From an uncultured Gemmatimonadales bacterium (GTDB lineage Bacteria; Gemmatimonadota; Gemmatimonadetes; Gemmatimonadales; Gemmatimonadaceae), in assembly GCA_963793305.1 (NCBI GenBank), contig CAWBZV010000002.1:736001-800000 (forward strand): 64,000 nucleotides of DNA, read 5' to 3'. The notes beneath the pieces are model-generated. The model did not search any database and was not told the origin of the DNA. It worked only from the letters and a program-made list of their open reading frames with translations. This document shows, piece by piece, positions 29,549-38,757 of the stretch. The number at the start of each line of letters is the position of its first letter. Positions within the stretch are counted from its first letter, which is position 1. Both the position numbers and the translations under genes were made by a program.

Positions 29549-30604
29549 ATGTACTCGACGTGTCTCTTCTGCCACAGCGCGCTCGGCGCCAATGAATCGC
29601 TCGAGCGGTTTCCGGTTGGTCGGCGACTCGCGTTCGACTCCACGAAAGGTCGCTTGTGGGTCGTGTGCCTCCACTGTCGGCGATGGAATCTGACGCCGAT
29701 CGAAGAGCGCTGGGAAGCCATCGAGGACTGCGAGCGGCTGTATCGCGGTACGACGGTCCGGGTGTCGACCGAACAGATCGGACTGGCGCGGATGCGCGAT
29801 GGACTGGAGTTGATTCGCGTTGGGCGGCCGATTTATCCCGAGTTCGCGGCGTGGCGCTATGGGTCGCGGTTTCTCGATCGGCGCCGGCGCGCGCGCCCGC
29901 GGATGATGGTGGTCGACGCCGCGCGGGCGTATGCGCGCGCCAACGCCGAGCCGAGTCTCTTCAGGAGCGTGCAAGGGGTCGGGCTCCTGTTCGCCACCGC
30001 CTTCCTCGGATGGCCGGCGATCGTGGCGGCCGGCGCCGTTGGCGTCAGCACCAAGATGCTGCGGAAGCTGCCCGATCTCCCGGTGGTGCACGTACCGGTC
30101 GCCGGTCGTGCGCCCCTCCTGGTCCGCGCGACGGACCTCTCGAGCGCGGAGTTCGCCCGCGATGTACACGAGCGTTGGGCGCTCACCGTCGTTCACGCCG
30201 CCGGTGTTGCTGTGCTGCGCGGGCCGGCCGCCACGCGCGCACTCGGGCCGCTGTTGGCGCTCTCGAACCGGGACGGTGGGTCCGAGCACCAGATCGCGCA
30301 GGCCGTCGCGAAGCTCGAATGGTTCCGCGGACCCGACCGCCTCCTACAGTTCGCCGCCTCCCGCGGCGCGGGCGAGCAGGGCATTCTCGGACTCGGCTAC
30401 GAGCAGCGCCTGAGCCTCGAGATGGCGGTCCACGAGGACACCGAGCGCCGCGCCCTCGAAGGCGAGCTCGCCGAGTTGGAGACCGCGTGGCGTGACGCTG
30501 AGCACGTGGCGGCGATCGCGGACAATCTTTTTCTGCCTGCGGCGATCACGTCGTGGCTTCGGCGGCATGCGGAGCCGAATGCGTCTGGCGACGTGCGTCC
30601 TTGA
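29549..30604 (+). CDS. Uncharacterised Cys-rich (2x CxxC) membrane protein, paralog 2
   Basis: MYSTCLFCH...LWVVCLHCRRWNLTPIEERWEAIE...LEGELAELETAWRDAEHVAAIADNL. Confidence 0.8.
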   Translation: MYSTCLFCHSALGANESLERFPVGRRLAFDSTKGRLWVVCLHCRRWNLTPIEERWEAIEDCERLYRGTTVRVSTEQIGLARMRDGLELIRVGRPIYPEFAAWRYGSRFLDRRRRARPRMMVVDAARAYARANAEPSLFRSVQGVGLLFATAFLGWPAIVAAGAVGVSTKMLRKLPDLPVVHVPVAGRAPLLVRATDLSSAEFARDVHERWALTVVHAAGVAVLRGPAATRALGPLLALSNRDGGSEHQIAQAVAKLEWFRGPDRLLQFAASRGAGEQGILGLGYEQRLSLEMAVHEDTERRALEGELAELETAWRDAEHVAAIADNLFLPAAITSWLRRHAEPNASGDVRP

Positions 30605-31595
30605 GACGCAGGAAGGGAAGCTCGTAGGCGTTGTAGCTGACCCACGCGACGACGCAACTGAGCCCGAAGGCCATGACGCCGAACATCGGGTCGGCGTCAT
30701 CCCAGCCCGAGATCTCGAGGCCACGAATCACGAAGCGGTGCAGCACGTAGAGGCCATAGCTGTACGTTCCGAACCAGCGCAGGATCGGCGACCGTAACGC
30801 CGCCGGCGAATACGAGAGCGCGACGACCACGAGCAGGGCGCCGAGCACGTCGCCGCTCGTGAATCCGATCGTCTCGACCCAGGCGTTCGTCGGCCGGAGC
30901 CCATGGAAGCGGAGCGCAATCGCCGTCAGCACGAGCCCCGCGATGACCGCGGGCCAGCGAATCGTGCGCAGGGCGGCAGTCCGCGGCGAAAGCGCGACCA
31001 AGGCACCGATCGCCAGCGCATCCATACGGCACGGTGTCAGGCTGTAGATCGCGAGCACCGGCGCGTGACTCATCACGAGTGTCACGCGGAGCGTGATCGC
31101 GGCGGCAATGGCGCCCCACGCGACTCGCGCCGCCGTGGTCTCGCGGGATCCCCAGATAATCCACGGCCAGATGAAATAGAACTGCTCTTCCACACAGAGC
31201 GACCAGAAGTGGCTCAGTACACCAGGGCGTGTCGAGAAATTCGCGAGATACGGCCAGAACCACGTGAGCTCGTGGCTGGTCGAAGCCCAGGTATCCGGCG
31301 CGTCGGAGAAGAATGGGAGGTGAAAGAGCGCCGGAACGATGAGCGACAAGACGAGGGTCCCGTAATAGAGCGGGAAGATGCGGAGCGCCCGCCGCGAATA
31401 GAAAATCCTGACGCGGTCGGGATTCGCCTTCCCATCGAGCAAGACCGTCGTGATGAGATAGCCGGAGAGGACGAAGAAGAGATCGACGCCGAGCCATCCC
31501 GCGTCGCCAATGACGTTGGGCACGAGGTGCGCCACCAGCACGAGCAGGATGGCCACGCCGCGCACGCCGTCAAGCTCCGGAACCCGTTTCGTCAC
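30546..31595 (-). CDS. Acyltransferase 3 (OafA-like) membrane protein
   Basis: LDGVRGVAILLV, GVDLFFVLSGYLI, RRALRIFP, HFWSLCVEEQFY, SYGLYVLH. Confidence 0.93.
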   Translation of the reverse strand: MTKRVPELDGVRGVAILLVLVAHLVPNVIGDAGWLGVDLFFVLSGYLITTVLLDGKANPDRVRIFYSRRALRIFPLYYGTLVLSLIVPALFHLPFFSDAPDTWASTSHELTWFWPYLANFSTRPGVLSHFWSLCVEEQFYFIWPWIIWGSRETTAARVAWGAIAAAITLRVTLVMSHAPVLAIYSLTPCRMDALAIGALVALSPRTAALRTIRWPAVIAGLVLTAIALRFHGLRPTNAWVETIGFTSGDVLGALLVVVALSYSPAALRSPILRWFGTYSYGLYVLHRFVIRGLEISGWDDADPMFGVMAFGLSCVVAWVSYNAYELPFLRLKDARRQTHSAPHAAEATT

Positions 31596-31647
31596 ATGGG
31601 TAGGACGATTGACACGTGCCGGCGAGCACGGCTGATATTCCGTACCA

Positions 31648-32601
31648 ATGCATCGCGCTCTTTTGCTGTTCCCGGTCGCCCTGGCTGCGCAGACACCGCG
31701 ACGGCCGCTGGCTGAGTTGCCGATTCACGCGCGCATCGCCGTGCCGGCGTCCGCGGATTGGATGGCCACGGGCCTTGGCGCGCTGTGGGTAGTGAACTAC
31801 AAGCCGGACCGCGTATCGCGCGTCGACCCGACGACCGGGCGCGTGGTTGCGGATATCCCACTCGCATCCAAGGCATGCCTCGGCGTCGTCATCGCATTGG
31901 GCCGCGTGTGGATCCCCACATGCGGCGACACCGCGATGAACGCGATCGATCCCTCGACGAACGGCGTCGTCGCGCGCTGGCTATTGCCCATTGCGCCCGG
32001 CCGCGAAGGATCGTTCGCGTACAGCGATGGCAGCTTCTGGATTCCCGCGAACAAGCCCGATACGACATCGTCCGAGATCGCGCGCGTGGATGCACGCTCC
32101 GGGCGTATCGTGCGCAGAATACGCGTCGCTGCGCGGTCCGACGTCGTCGTGGCCGGGTTCGGGGCGCTGTGGGTCGCGAGCAGTGCGACGGACACCGTCT
32201 TGCGGATCGATCCGGTGCACGAGACGATCGTCGCGCGGATTGGTGTGGGCCCGTCGCCAAAATTCATGACCGTTGGCTCGGGCGCGTTATGGGTGCAGAA
32301 CCGACGAGATGGATCGGTCTCGCGCATCGACCCGGCCACGAATCGCGAGGTGGCTCGCATTGAGGCGCATGCGCCGACCGAGTGGGGCGACATCGCCGCG
32401 GGCGAGGGCGCGATCTGGTTGGCCGTCGACGGCACGCCGATCACCCGCATCGACCCGCGCACGAATCGCGTGTCCGACCAGTTCGTGGGCGGCAGCGGTG
32501 CAGATGCGATCCGCGTGGGCTTTGGCGCGCTGTGGGTTGCCGATCACGAGCACGGCGAAGTGTGGCAGGTCGATGTGCGACAACTGACCAGGAGACCATG
32601 A
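31648..32601 (+). CDS. Secreted beta-propeller protein (Vgb/YncE-like repeats)
   Basis: About seven repeats of G-GALWV...VSRIDP-TN-VVA-I. Confidence 0.8.
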   Translation: MHRALLLFPVALAAQTPRRPLAELPIHARIAVPASADWMATGLGALWVVNYKPDRVSRVDPTTGRVVADIPLASKACLGVVIALGRVWIPTCGDTAMNAIDPSTNGVVARWLLPIAPGREGSFAYSDGSFWIPANKPDTTSSEIARVDARSGRIVRRIRVAARSDVVVAGFGALWVASSATDTVLRIDPVHETIVARIGVGPSPKFMTVGSGALWVQNRRDGSVSRIDPATNREVARIEAHAPTEWGDIAAGEGAIWLAVDGTPITRIDPRTNRVSDQFVGGSGADAIRVGFGALWVADHEHGEVWQVDVRQLTRRP

Positions 32602-32813
32602 TGCGACAGCTCTTCGGCGTGTACATCGGGCAGGCGGTCGGCGGCGGCGATCCGGAACGGCTGGGTCGAGTCCGAGTAAGCGTGCCCTCTCTCGCTGTGG
32701 GACCCGTGTGGGCCCGCGTGTGCACGAACGCGGGGGGCCGCGCGACCGGAGAGGTCGTGGTCGGCTTCGAAGCCGGCGACGCTTCGCGGCCAATCGTGCT
32801 GGGATTTCTGTGA
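32598..32813 (+). CDS. Stand-alone Gp5/VgrG/GpV N-terminal OB-fold-like protein (71 aa)
   Basis: GVYIG..DPERLGRVRVSVP..WARV..EVVVGFEAGDASRPIVLGFL; AGGAG SD. Confidence 0.75.
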   Translation: MMRQLFGVYIGQAVGGGDPERLGRVRVSVPSLAVGPVWARVCTNAGGRATGEVVVGFEAGDASRPIVLGFL

Positions 32814-32825
32814 CGCGTCGCGAAA

Positions 32826-32896
32826 TTGCCCCTGGTGGATTCGAACCACCATTCCCAGATCCAAAGTCTGGTGTCCTGCCATTGGACGAAGGGGCA
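32826..32896 (-). tRNA. tRNA-Gln (TTG)
   Basis: TGCCCCT/AGGGGCA acceptor stem; CCAGA-CTTTGGA-TCTGG anticodon arm; GGTTCGAATCC. Confidence 0.96.
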
Positions 32897-32925
32897 GTCG
32901 AGCGTGCCCCCAGAATATAACCGTC

Positions 32926-33837
32926 CTAGTCGTCGATAATCTGCACGGGCGCCACGCGTAGCGCGGTGGCGGTCGTCAGGGCAGTGGCGGGGGCCGGAAG
33001 ATCCTTCGCGACGGACCAGGGCGCGGTGCCATCGGCCAAGACCGCGAAGACCGTTGCACCCGAGCCGCTCATGCGAGTGAACTCGACACCCTTGGTCGAT
33101 GAAAGAAAGCCGATCGCTTCGCCAATCTCCGGACGGCGTTCGGTCACGACCCCTTCGAAATCGTTCGACGCGAGCGGCGCGAGCGCGTCCCAGGCGCGGA
33201 AGGCGTTCAAGGGAAGCACGCGCGGGATAGGTTGCGCCGAGGATGAGCGCGTGGCGGCGAGCCACGAATAGGCATCCGCGGTCGGCACGCCGAACGGCAT
33301 CGTCGCCAGCACGACTGGCCGTTCGGGAAGTGGCGGCAATGGCAGGATGCGCTCACCGCGACCCCAGGCCAATGCCAGCGGGGAACGCAGCGTCAGGAAT
33401 GGCACGTCAGCGCCGAGCGACAGAGCGAGTGCCAAGACCTCGTCGCGCGTCGGTGGTTTCGGGTCGAGCGTGGCGAGCACGCGCAGGACGGCGCCCGCAT
33501 CGGCGCTGCCGCCGCCTAAGCCGCCGCCGACCGGGATGCGCTTCTCGATCTCGATGCGGAAGCCCGCCGGCCAACCGCGTGCATCCGCGTACGCGACCGC
33601 GGCGCGGAAGGCCAGGTTGCGTCCGGCCGGTCCGACGTCGGCGCCGCGGCAGTCGATGGTGCGGATGCCGCCCATCCGCGCTGGCTGCGTGTGCACGACA
33701 ACGTCATCGGCCAGCGCGAGCCGGCAGAACGCGGTCTCGAGCTGGTGATAGCCGCTCTTTTCCCGCGCCAGGATGTGCAGGAACAGATTGACCTTTGCCT
33801 GCGCGGTCACGCGCGCCGAGCGGGGTCGGGCGCTCAT
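32926..33837 (-). CDS. ispE: 4-diphosphocytidyl-2-C-methyl-D-erythritol kinase
   Basis: AKVNLFLHI, KRIPVGGGLGGGSADA, LGADVPF, NDFE, MSGSG. Confidence 0.95.
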   Translation of the reverse strand: MSARPRSARVTAQAKVNLFLHILAREKSGYHQLETAFCRLALADDVVVHTQPARMGGIRTIDCRGADVGPAGRNLAFRAAVAYADARGWPAGFRIEIEKRIPVGGGLGGGSADAGAVLRVLATLDPKPPTRDEVLALALSLGADVPFLTLRSPLALAWGRGERILPLPPLPERPVVLATMPFGVPTADAYSWLAATRSSSAQPIPRVLPLNAFRAWDALAPLASNDFEGVVTERRPEIGEAIGFLSSTKGVEFTRMSGSGATVFAVLADGTAPWSVAKDLPAPATALTTATALRVAPVQIIDD

Positions 33838-34841
33838 GCCGCCTCGACGGCCTTGACGTCCTTGAGGTGCACTCCCATCCGGATGAAGTACCACGCGCCA
33901 ATGATCGTGATCGGCGCGAAGGAGAGGAGATGGTAGCCGATCGCCCACGCGGTCGCCTGCGCCTTCGGGATGCCATACAGCCCGAGCCCGAGGACGCCGA
34001 AGAACTCGAACACGCCGAAGAAGCCAGGTGCGGCCGGCGCGGCCACCCCGATCGCGATCACACCCTGCAAGAAGAGCGCGGCGCCGAATGGCACATGAAT
34101 GCCCACGGCGAAAAACCCGAGCCAGAACGCCAGTCCGTTGCAGAGCCAGTGCAGCACGGCCCAGAAGAGCACGACCGCGAATCGCACCGGGCTACGGAGC
34201 ACGCTCAGGCCCTGCGCAAAGTGGGTCAGCGCCTTTCGGCCGGGCTCCTCCAACTTTGGCGCGACCTTCCGCGCGAACGCCTCGTAGGCACCAATGAGCC
34301 ACTGCGGGAAGTACACGATGCTGTACAAGATCACCGCGAGGACGGCGAGCAGAATCGTTCCCACGATCGCCACGCGCGTGGTCGAGACATCGCCTACCCT
34401 CGCCCCTTTCGGAAACGAAGGCAACAGCATCGCGATGACCGTCAGCATCAGCACGACGAAGGCGTCGAACAGTCGATCGACCGCGAGGGATGCCAGCGCG
34501 GCCGAGAAGGGAACCTTCGGCTCTTCCTTGGTGAGCGCGTACCCGCGGGCGAATTCGCCGACCCGCGCGGGGACGACGTTGTTCACCATCATGCCGATCG
34601 CGGTTGCGCGCCAAAGTGACCAGTACGGGAGCCGTGGCGCGACCGGGTCCAGAATCGGCCGCCACCGGATCGCGCGCAACGGCACGCAGATGGTGGCCGT
34701 GATCGATGCCGCCGCGAACAGCAGCAGGTTCGAGGAGCGGAGCACGGCCCAGACTTGGGACAACGGGATCTGAGACAGTACCCACGCGAGCAGCCCCGCA
34801 CTCAGGACAATGCCCAGCGCGCCGCGCCAATCCAACTTCAT
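33834..34841 (-). CDS. Lysylphosphatidylglycerol-synthase TM / flippase-like membrane protein
   Basis: RAIRW, NNVVPARVGEFAR, DRLFD, APGFFGVFE. Confidence 0.85.
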   Translation of the reverse strand: MKLDWRGALGIVLSAGLLAWVLSQIPLSQVWAVLRSSNLLLFAAASITATICVPLRAIRWRPILDPVAPRLPYWSLWRATAIGMMVNNVVPARVGEFARGYALTKEEPKVPFSAALASLAVDRLFDAFVVLMLTVIAMLLPSFPKGARVGDVSTTRVAIVGTILLAVLAVILYSIVYFPQWLIGAYEAFARKVAPKLEEPGRKALTHFAQGLSVLRSPVRFAVVLFWAVLHWLCNGLAFWLGFFAVGIHVPFGAALFLQGVIAIGVAAPAAPGFFGVFEFFGVLGLGLYGIPKAQATAWAIGYHLLSFAPITIIGAWYFIRMGVHLKDVKAVEAA

Positions 34842-34847
34842 TTCGGC

Positions 34848-36461
34848 TTACGCTGTCGCGGCAAGGTCGATGAGATCGAGCAGCTCGGCGAGCGACTCGG
34901 GACGTGCGGCGGCGCCGGTACGCTCGGCCTCCCGGATCTCGTCGCGCACGGCGCGCGCCCGGTCCAGCGCGGCGCGGCCGCGATACAAGAGCGCGTCGAT
35001 CGACACGATCTCCGAGCTGTCGTCGTCGACCGCGATCGGCTCGCGCTCGATCTCGCTGATGCCATTCTGCAGGAACGCGTGCAGCGCCCTCCCCGTCGGC
35101 GTGGAGGTGCGCTCGCGGCCCGGGCTCATCGGACTCGGCGCGGCGAAGCCCGCGTCCGGTCCCCGCAGGCCGAGCAGGCGTTCGAGCGACAGCTCGGTCT
35201 CGATCCCTTCCGGTACGATCGTGGTGTCGCTCAACCCCAGCGCGATCTCTTGTTCGAGCGCGCGGGCATCGACTTCGCCATCGGCGTTGTCAACGCCGGC
35301 GACGCGAGCCGCCAAGTTCCGCGCATCGGCGGACGGGTCGGCGAGCACGTCGGCGATGGCGCGAATCGAGCCGAGCTCGCCGGGCGCGAACGGCTGCGAG
35401 TCGTCGCCTTCGGCAACCTGCGCAATGATCGCCGCCACATCGCGCTCACCAAAGCTCTCGGCGGCGCTGCGCATGGCGCGCAGGGCCGAGCGAAGGTCGG
35501 CCGGCGTGCCGCCCGCGAGCAGCGATCGGAGATGTTCGGCCTGGCTGACGACCTCCAGCCGGAAACGCTCGGCCGGCGTCGTCGGAGGACTGGGCGCCGC
35601 GTCGATGACGCCGTCAGAGCCGTCATCGGGGAAGAGCGCGTCGATCGGGACAATGCGGTCGGCGGCCTCGGAGGCTTTCGCGATCTGGGCGCGCGCCAAC
35701 ACGAAGCGCTGATACTCGACGGACGCGGTGGCATTCCTGATGTTGCCGGCCCGGAGCTCGCCAGCCGCGCGGCGAAGGAGCTGGGCGGCTGCGGTCAGCA
35801 AGACCAGGGACGCAGCCCCTGGCGTGCCCGCGTCGAGCTCCAGCGACCGCCCGACGCGCTCGACGGCGTCGAGGACTTCCGGGAGCGGCGGCCGGTCGGC
35901 GACGGCGGCCACCCCGCGCAGCGTGCGCACGCGCGCCAACGCGCCCGCGAGCGTCCCGCGGCCGGCGGGACGAGCCGCAAATGCATCGAGCGCGAGCGCG
36001 ATCTCAGTGGTCTCGCTCGCGAAGTACTGGTCGGCGCCAGCGCCGGCGGCAGACGCCGTCGCGCCGACGGCATCGGCGCCGGCCGGCAGGTACCGGGCAA
36101 GGTCGGCTACCCGTCGAGCCGATCGCGCGTCCTCGGTCGCGCTCCAACCGCGGACCTTGTGCACCAGGATCTTGAGATCGTCGACCGCCGCGACCAGCGC
36201 GGCCGAAAGCGGCGCGGTCCACCGGAGCTCGCCAGCGCGGAGCGCACGACCAGCGCGTTCCAGGGCAGCGGCCAAGTCGGCGATCGCCGAGAGGCGATGC
36301 ATGGTCGCGGCGCCGCGCAGCGTTCGGGCGGCCCGCACGAAATCGTCTGCCGACGGCCCGCTGCCAGTCGCACCCGCGGCGTGCAGAATGACATCGAGGC
36401 GCTCGATGCATTCGCTCGCTTCCAGAGTGAAAAAGTTGAGCGGATCGGAGGACGTGGTCAT
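34848..36461 (-). CDS. Protein with tandem Hpt-like helical bundles
   Basis: FFTLEASECIERLD...RAARTLRGAA; repeat YFASE...RVRTLRGVA; RFRLE...LRAMRSAAESFG. Confidence 0.65.
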   Translation of the reverse strand: MTTSSDPLNFFTLEASECIERLDVILHAAGATGSGPSADDFVRAARTLRGAATMHRLSAIADLAAALERAGRALRAGELRWTAPLSAALVAAVDDLKILVHKVRGWSATEDARSARRVADLARYLPAGADAVGATASAAGAGADQYFASETTEIALALDAFAARPAGRGTLAGALARVRTLRGVAAVADRPPLPEVLDAVERVGRSLELDAGTPGAASLVLLTAAAQLLRRAAGELRAGNIRNATASVEYQRFVLARAQIAKASEAADRIVPIDALFPDDGSDGVIDAAPSPPTTPAERFRLEVVSQAEHLRSLLAGGTPADLRSALRAMRSAAESFGERDVAAIIAQVAEGDDSQPFAPGELGSIRAIADVLADPSADARNLAARVAGVDNADGEVDARALEQEIALGLSDTTIVPEGIETELSLERLLGLRGPDAGFAAPSPMSPGRERTSTPTGRALHAFLQNGISEIEREPIAVDDDSSEIVSIDALLYRGRAALDRARAVRDEIREAERTGAAARPESLAELLDLIDLAATA

Positions 36462-36483
36462 TCGAATAGGAGGTTAACCGGCT

Positions 36484-37227
36484 CTATATGGACGCGCGAG
36501 CCATGTTCATCGCCACCCGCATCTCCCGGACGGCCTCGGCCAGACCGACAAACAGAGCACGGCTGACAATCGAGTGGCCGATGTTCAGCTCCTCTATTTC
36601 TGGGATCGCGGCGACCGGACCGACGTTTCCGACCGTGAGGCCATGGCCGGCATGGACCGCCAGTCCCAGCGCTGCCGCACGCTCGGAGGCGGCCGCCAGA
36701 GCCTGCACCTCACGGTCCGCGCCACTCAAGGCGTATTGGCCCGTGTGGAGCTCGATCGCGTCGGCGCCGACGTCCCGGGACAGCGACACTGTCTCCAGCG
36801 TCGGGTCTATGAACAGGCTGGTCCGAATGCCGGCCGAGCGGAGGCGAGCAATCGCGCGGGCGATGCGATCCGCCGCGCCGGCGACATTGAGGCCGCCCTC
36901 GGTCGTGACCTCCAAGCGTCGCTCTGGCACGAGCGTCACCTGATACGGCTTGAGCCGTTCGGCGATGCCGACCATCTCGTCGGTACAGGCCATTTCGAGA
37001 TTGAACGCCGTTCGCACTGAGCGCATGAGACGATTGACGTCGTCATCCTGGATATGACGACGATCTTCGCGCAGGTGCGCCGTGATGCCATCGGCGCCCG
37101 CGTCCTCGCACACCGCGGCGGCCGCGACGGGGTCGGGTTCGGATCCGCGCCGCGCTTGCCGCACTGTGGCGACGTGGTCAATGTTGATGTAGAGCCGCTG
37201 GTACGGATGGGCTCGGGTTGCTGGCAT
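36484..37227 (-). CDS. pdxJ: Pyridoxine 5'-phosphate synthase
   Basis: [40 protein letters not shown]. Confidence 0.97.
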   Translation of the reverse strand: MPATRAHPYQRLYINIDHVATVRQARRGSEPDPVAAAAVCEDAGADGITAHLREDRRHIQDDDVNRLMRSVRTAFNLEMACTDEMVGIAERLKPYQVTLVPERRLEVTTEGGLNVAGAADRIARAIARLRSAGIRTSLFIDPTLETVSLSRDVGADAIELHTGQYALSGADREVQALAAASERAAALGLAVHAGHGLTVGNVGPVAAIPEIEELNIGHSIVSRALFVGLAEAVREMRVAMNMARASI

Positions 37228-37253
37228 TGGAGAGGCTCGCTAGCTTCGCTTTC

Positions 37254-37766
37254 GTGAAATCATACGCCGGGATATTAGTCGCGGCATTGGCGGTGCTGGC
37301 GGCATGTTCGTCGAACAAGCCGACCACGACGAATCCGCCAGTGAGCAACAACCCGCCGATCGCCAACAGCACGCCGACCGCGCCGACCACCGATCTCGGG
37401 CTCACCGGCGCTCCCGACGCACGCAGCGCGGCGCGGGCGTTCCTCGACGCCGGCAAGGCTCAGGATCTGCAAGCGCTCTCGGCGGTCTGGGGCAGCAATA
37501 ATGGGCCGCTTCGCAACATGGTTTCGCACGCTGAGCTCGAGAAGCGAGAGCTCGTGATGATGTGCTTCTTGAAGCACGACACCGACAGCATCGGCAGTCC
37601 AAGCGCTGCCGCCGGAAGCCGCGTCGTGTTCCCGGTGACGCTCACGGCGGGCCGCGTCTCGCGCGCGACGACGCTTACGACCATGGTCGGCCCGGCTTCG
37701 CGGTGGTACGTGGAGAAGATCGACCTGCGGGCCATAGAGGCGCTCTGCCAAAAAGGGCCCAGCTGA
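37254..37766 (+). CDS. Hypothetical lipoprotein
   Basis: Lipobox VLAAC; globular C-terminal domain. Confidence 0.65.
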   Translation: MKSYAGILVAALAVLAACSSNKPTTTNPPVSNNPPIANSTPTAPTTDLGLTGAPDARSAARAFLDAGKAQDLQALSAVWGSNNGPLRNMVSHAELEKRELVMMCFLKHDTDSIGSPSAAAGSRVVFPVTLTAGRVSRATTLTTMVGPASRWYVEKIDLRAIEALCQKGPS

Positions 37767-37802
37767 GGCCCCGCGGGGGGAACTCTGAGGCGTGTTTACC
37801 GG

Positions 37803-38195
37803 TTAGTTTTCTGTCAGTTCGATTAGCACGCCCCCGGTAGCGCTCGGATGGAGAAACGCAATCCGTTTCCCCTCAGCGCCCACCCGGGGCGTTTGATCGA
37901 TCAGCCGGATTCCGGCGGCTCGGCAGCGCGCGAGCGCATCGTCGAGGTCGTCGACGGCGAAGCAAATGTGATGGATTCCTGGCCCCCGCGAGTCCAGAAA
38001 CTTGGCGACCGGAGTGCCCGCTTCCCGCGGTTCGAGAAGCTCGACGAGCGACTCGCCGGCCGCGAGCCCGATGATCGACGCGCCGTCGGCGTCATCGAGC
38101 GGAACGACGGGGAGTCCGAGAACGTCGCGGTAGAACGGCACGGAGTCGGCGAGCGCACGAACAGCGATCCCGATATGTGAGATTCGGGGAGCCAT
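37803..38195 (-). CDS. mce: Methylmalonyl-CoA epimerase
   Basis: HIGIAV, ELLEP, GPGIHHICF, IAFLHP..TGGVLIEL. Confidence 0.92.
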   Translation of the reverse strand: MAPRISHIGIAVRALADSVPFYRDVLGLPVVPLDDADGASIIGLAAGESLVELLEPREAGTPVAKFLDSRGPGIHHICFAVDDLDDALARCRAAGIRLIDQTPRVGAEGKRIAFLHPSATGGVLIELTEN

Positions 38196-38221
38196 GCGGT
38201 CATAATCTACGAGGGCGAGAC

Positions 38222-38582
38222 ATGTCGAACGCTATAGCGGTTACGGATACCAGTTTTGAGAGCGAAATAGAGAAGCACGAAGGGTTGGCCGTCGTCGACT
38301 TCTGGGCCACGTGGTGCGGCCCGTGTCGGATGGTCGCGCCGATCCTCGATCAGCTGGCGGTGGAGTACGAGGGTCGGGCGAAGGTCACGAAGCTCGAACG
38401 TCGACGCCAACCAGCAGACGGCCATTCGGTTCAACGTCCGGTCCATCCCAACGATTCTCTTCTTCAAGGACGGGAAGCTCGTTGACCAGATCATCGGCGC
38501 CCTCCCGAAGCCCGCTCTGGAGGCGAAGTTCAAGCAGCACGCCACGAACGGCGTGAAGGCGCCCGCCGCGCCGCAAGCCTGA
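38222..38582 (+). CDS. trxA: Thioredoxin (frameshift at ~38397, probably a sequence error)
   Basis: [11 protein letters not shown]; removing one A gives [23 protein letters not shown]. Confidence 0.93.
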
Positions 38583-38596
38583 TCGATTACGATCGT

Positions 38597-38701
38597 GGCT
38601 CGGGCTGCACCTGAGCGATCCGAACCGACGGCAACGGCAATAACGGCAGGTTCCTCGGGGGGTGGGTACGCGCGAAGCGCGGCCCACCCCTTTGGCATTT
38701 T
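38597..38701 (+). ncRNA. Candidate structured small RNA ending in a terminator-like hairpin
   Basis: TACGAT just upstream; hairpin GCTCGGG/CCTGAGC; GAACC/GGTTC stem enclosing 3x ACGGCA; GGGGTGGG/CCCACCCC hairpin then TTT. Confidence 0.4.
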
Positions 38702-38757
38702 GGGTTGCGGGGGCCGCGTCTCGACCGTCTATTTTCGGCCGACACCCCCCGCCCCGC

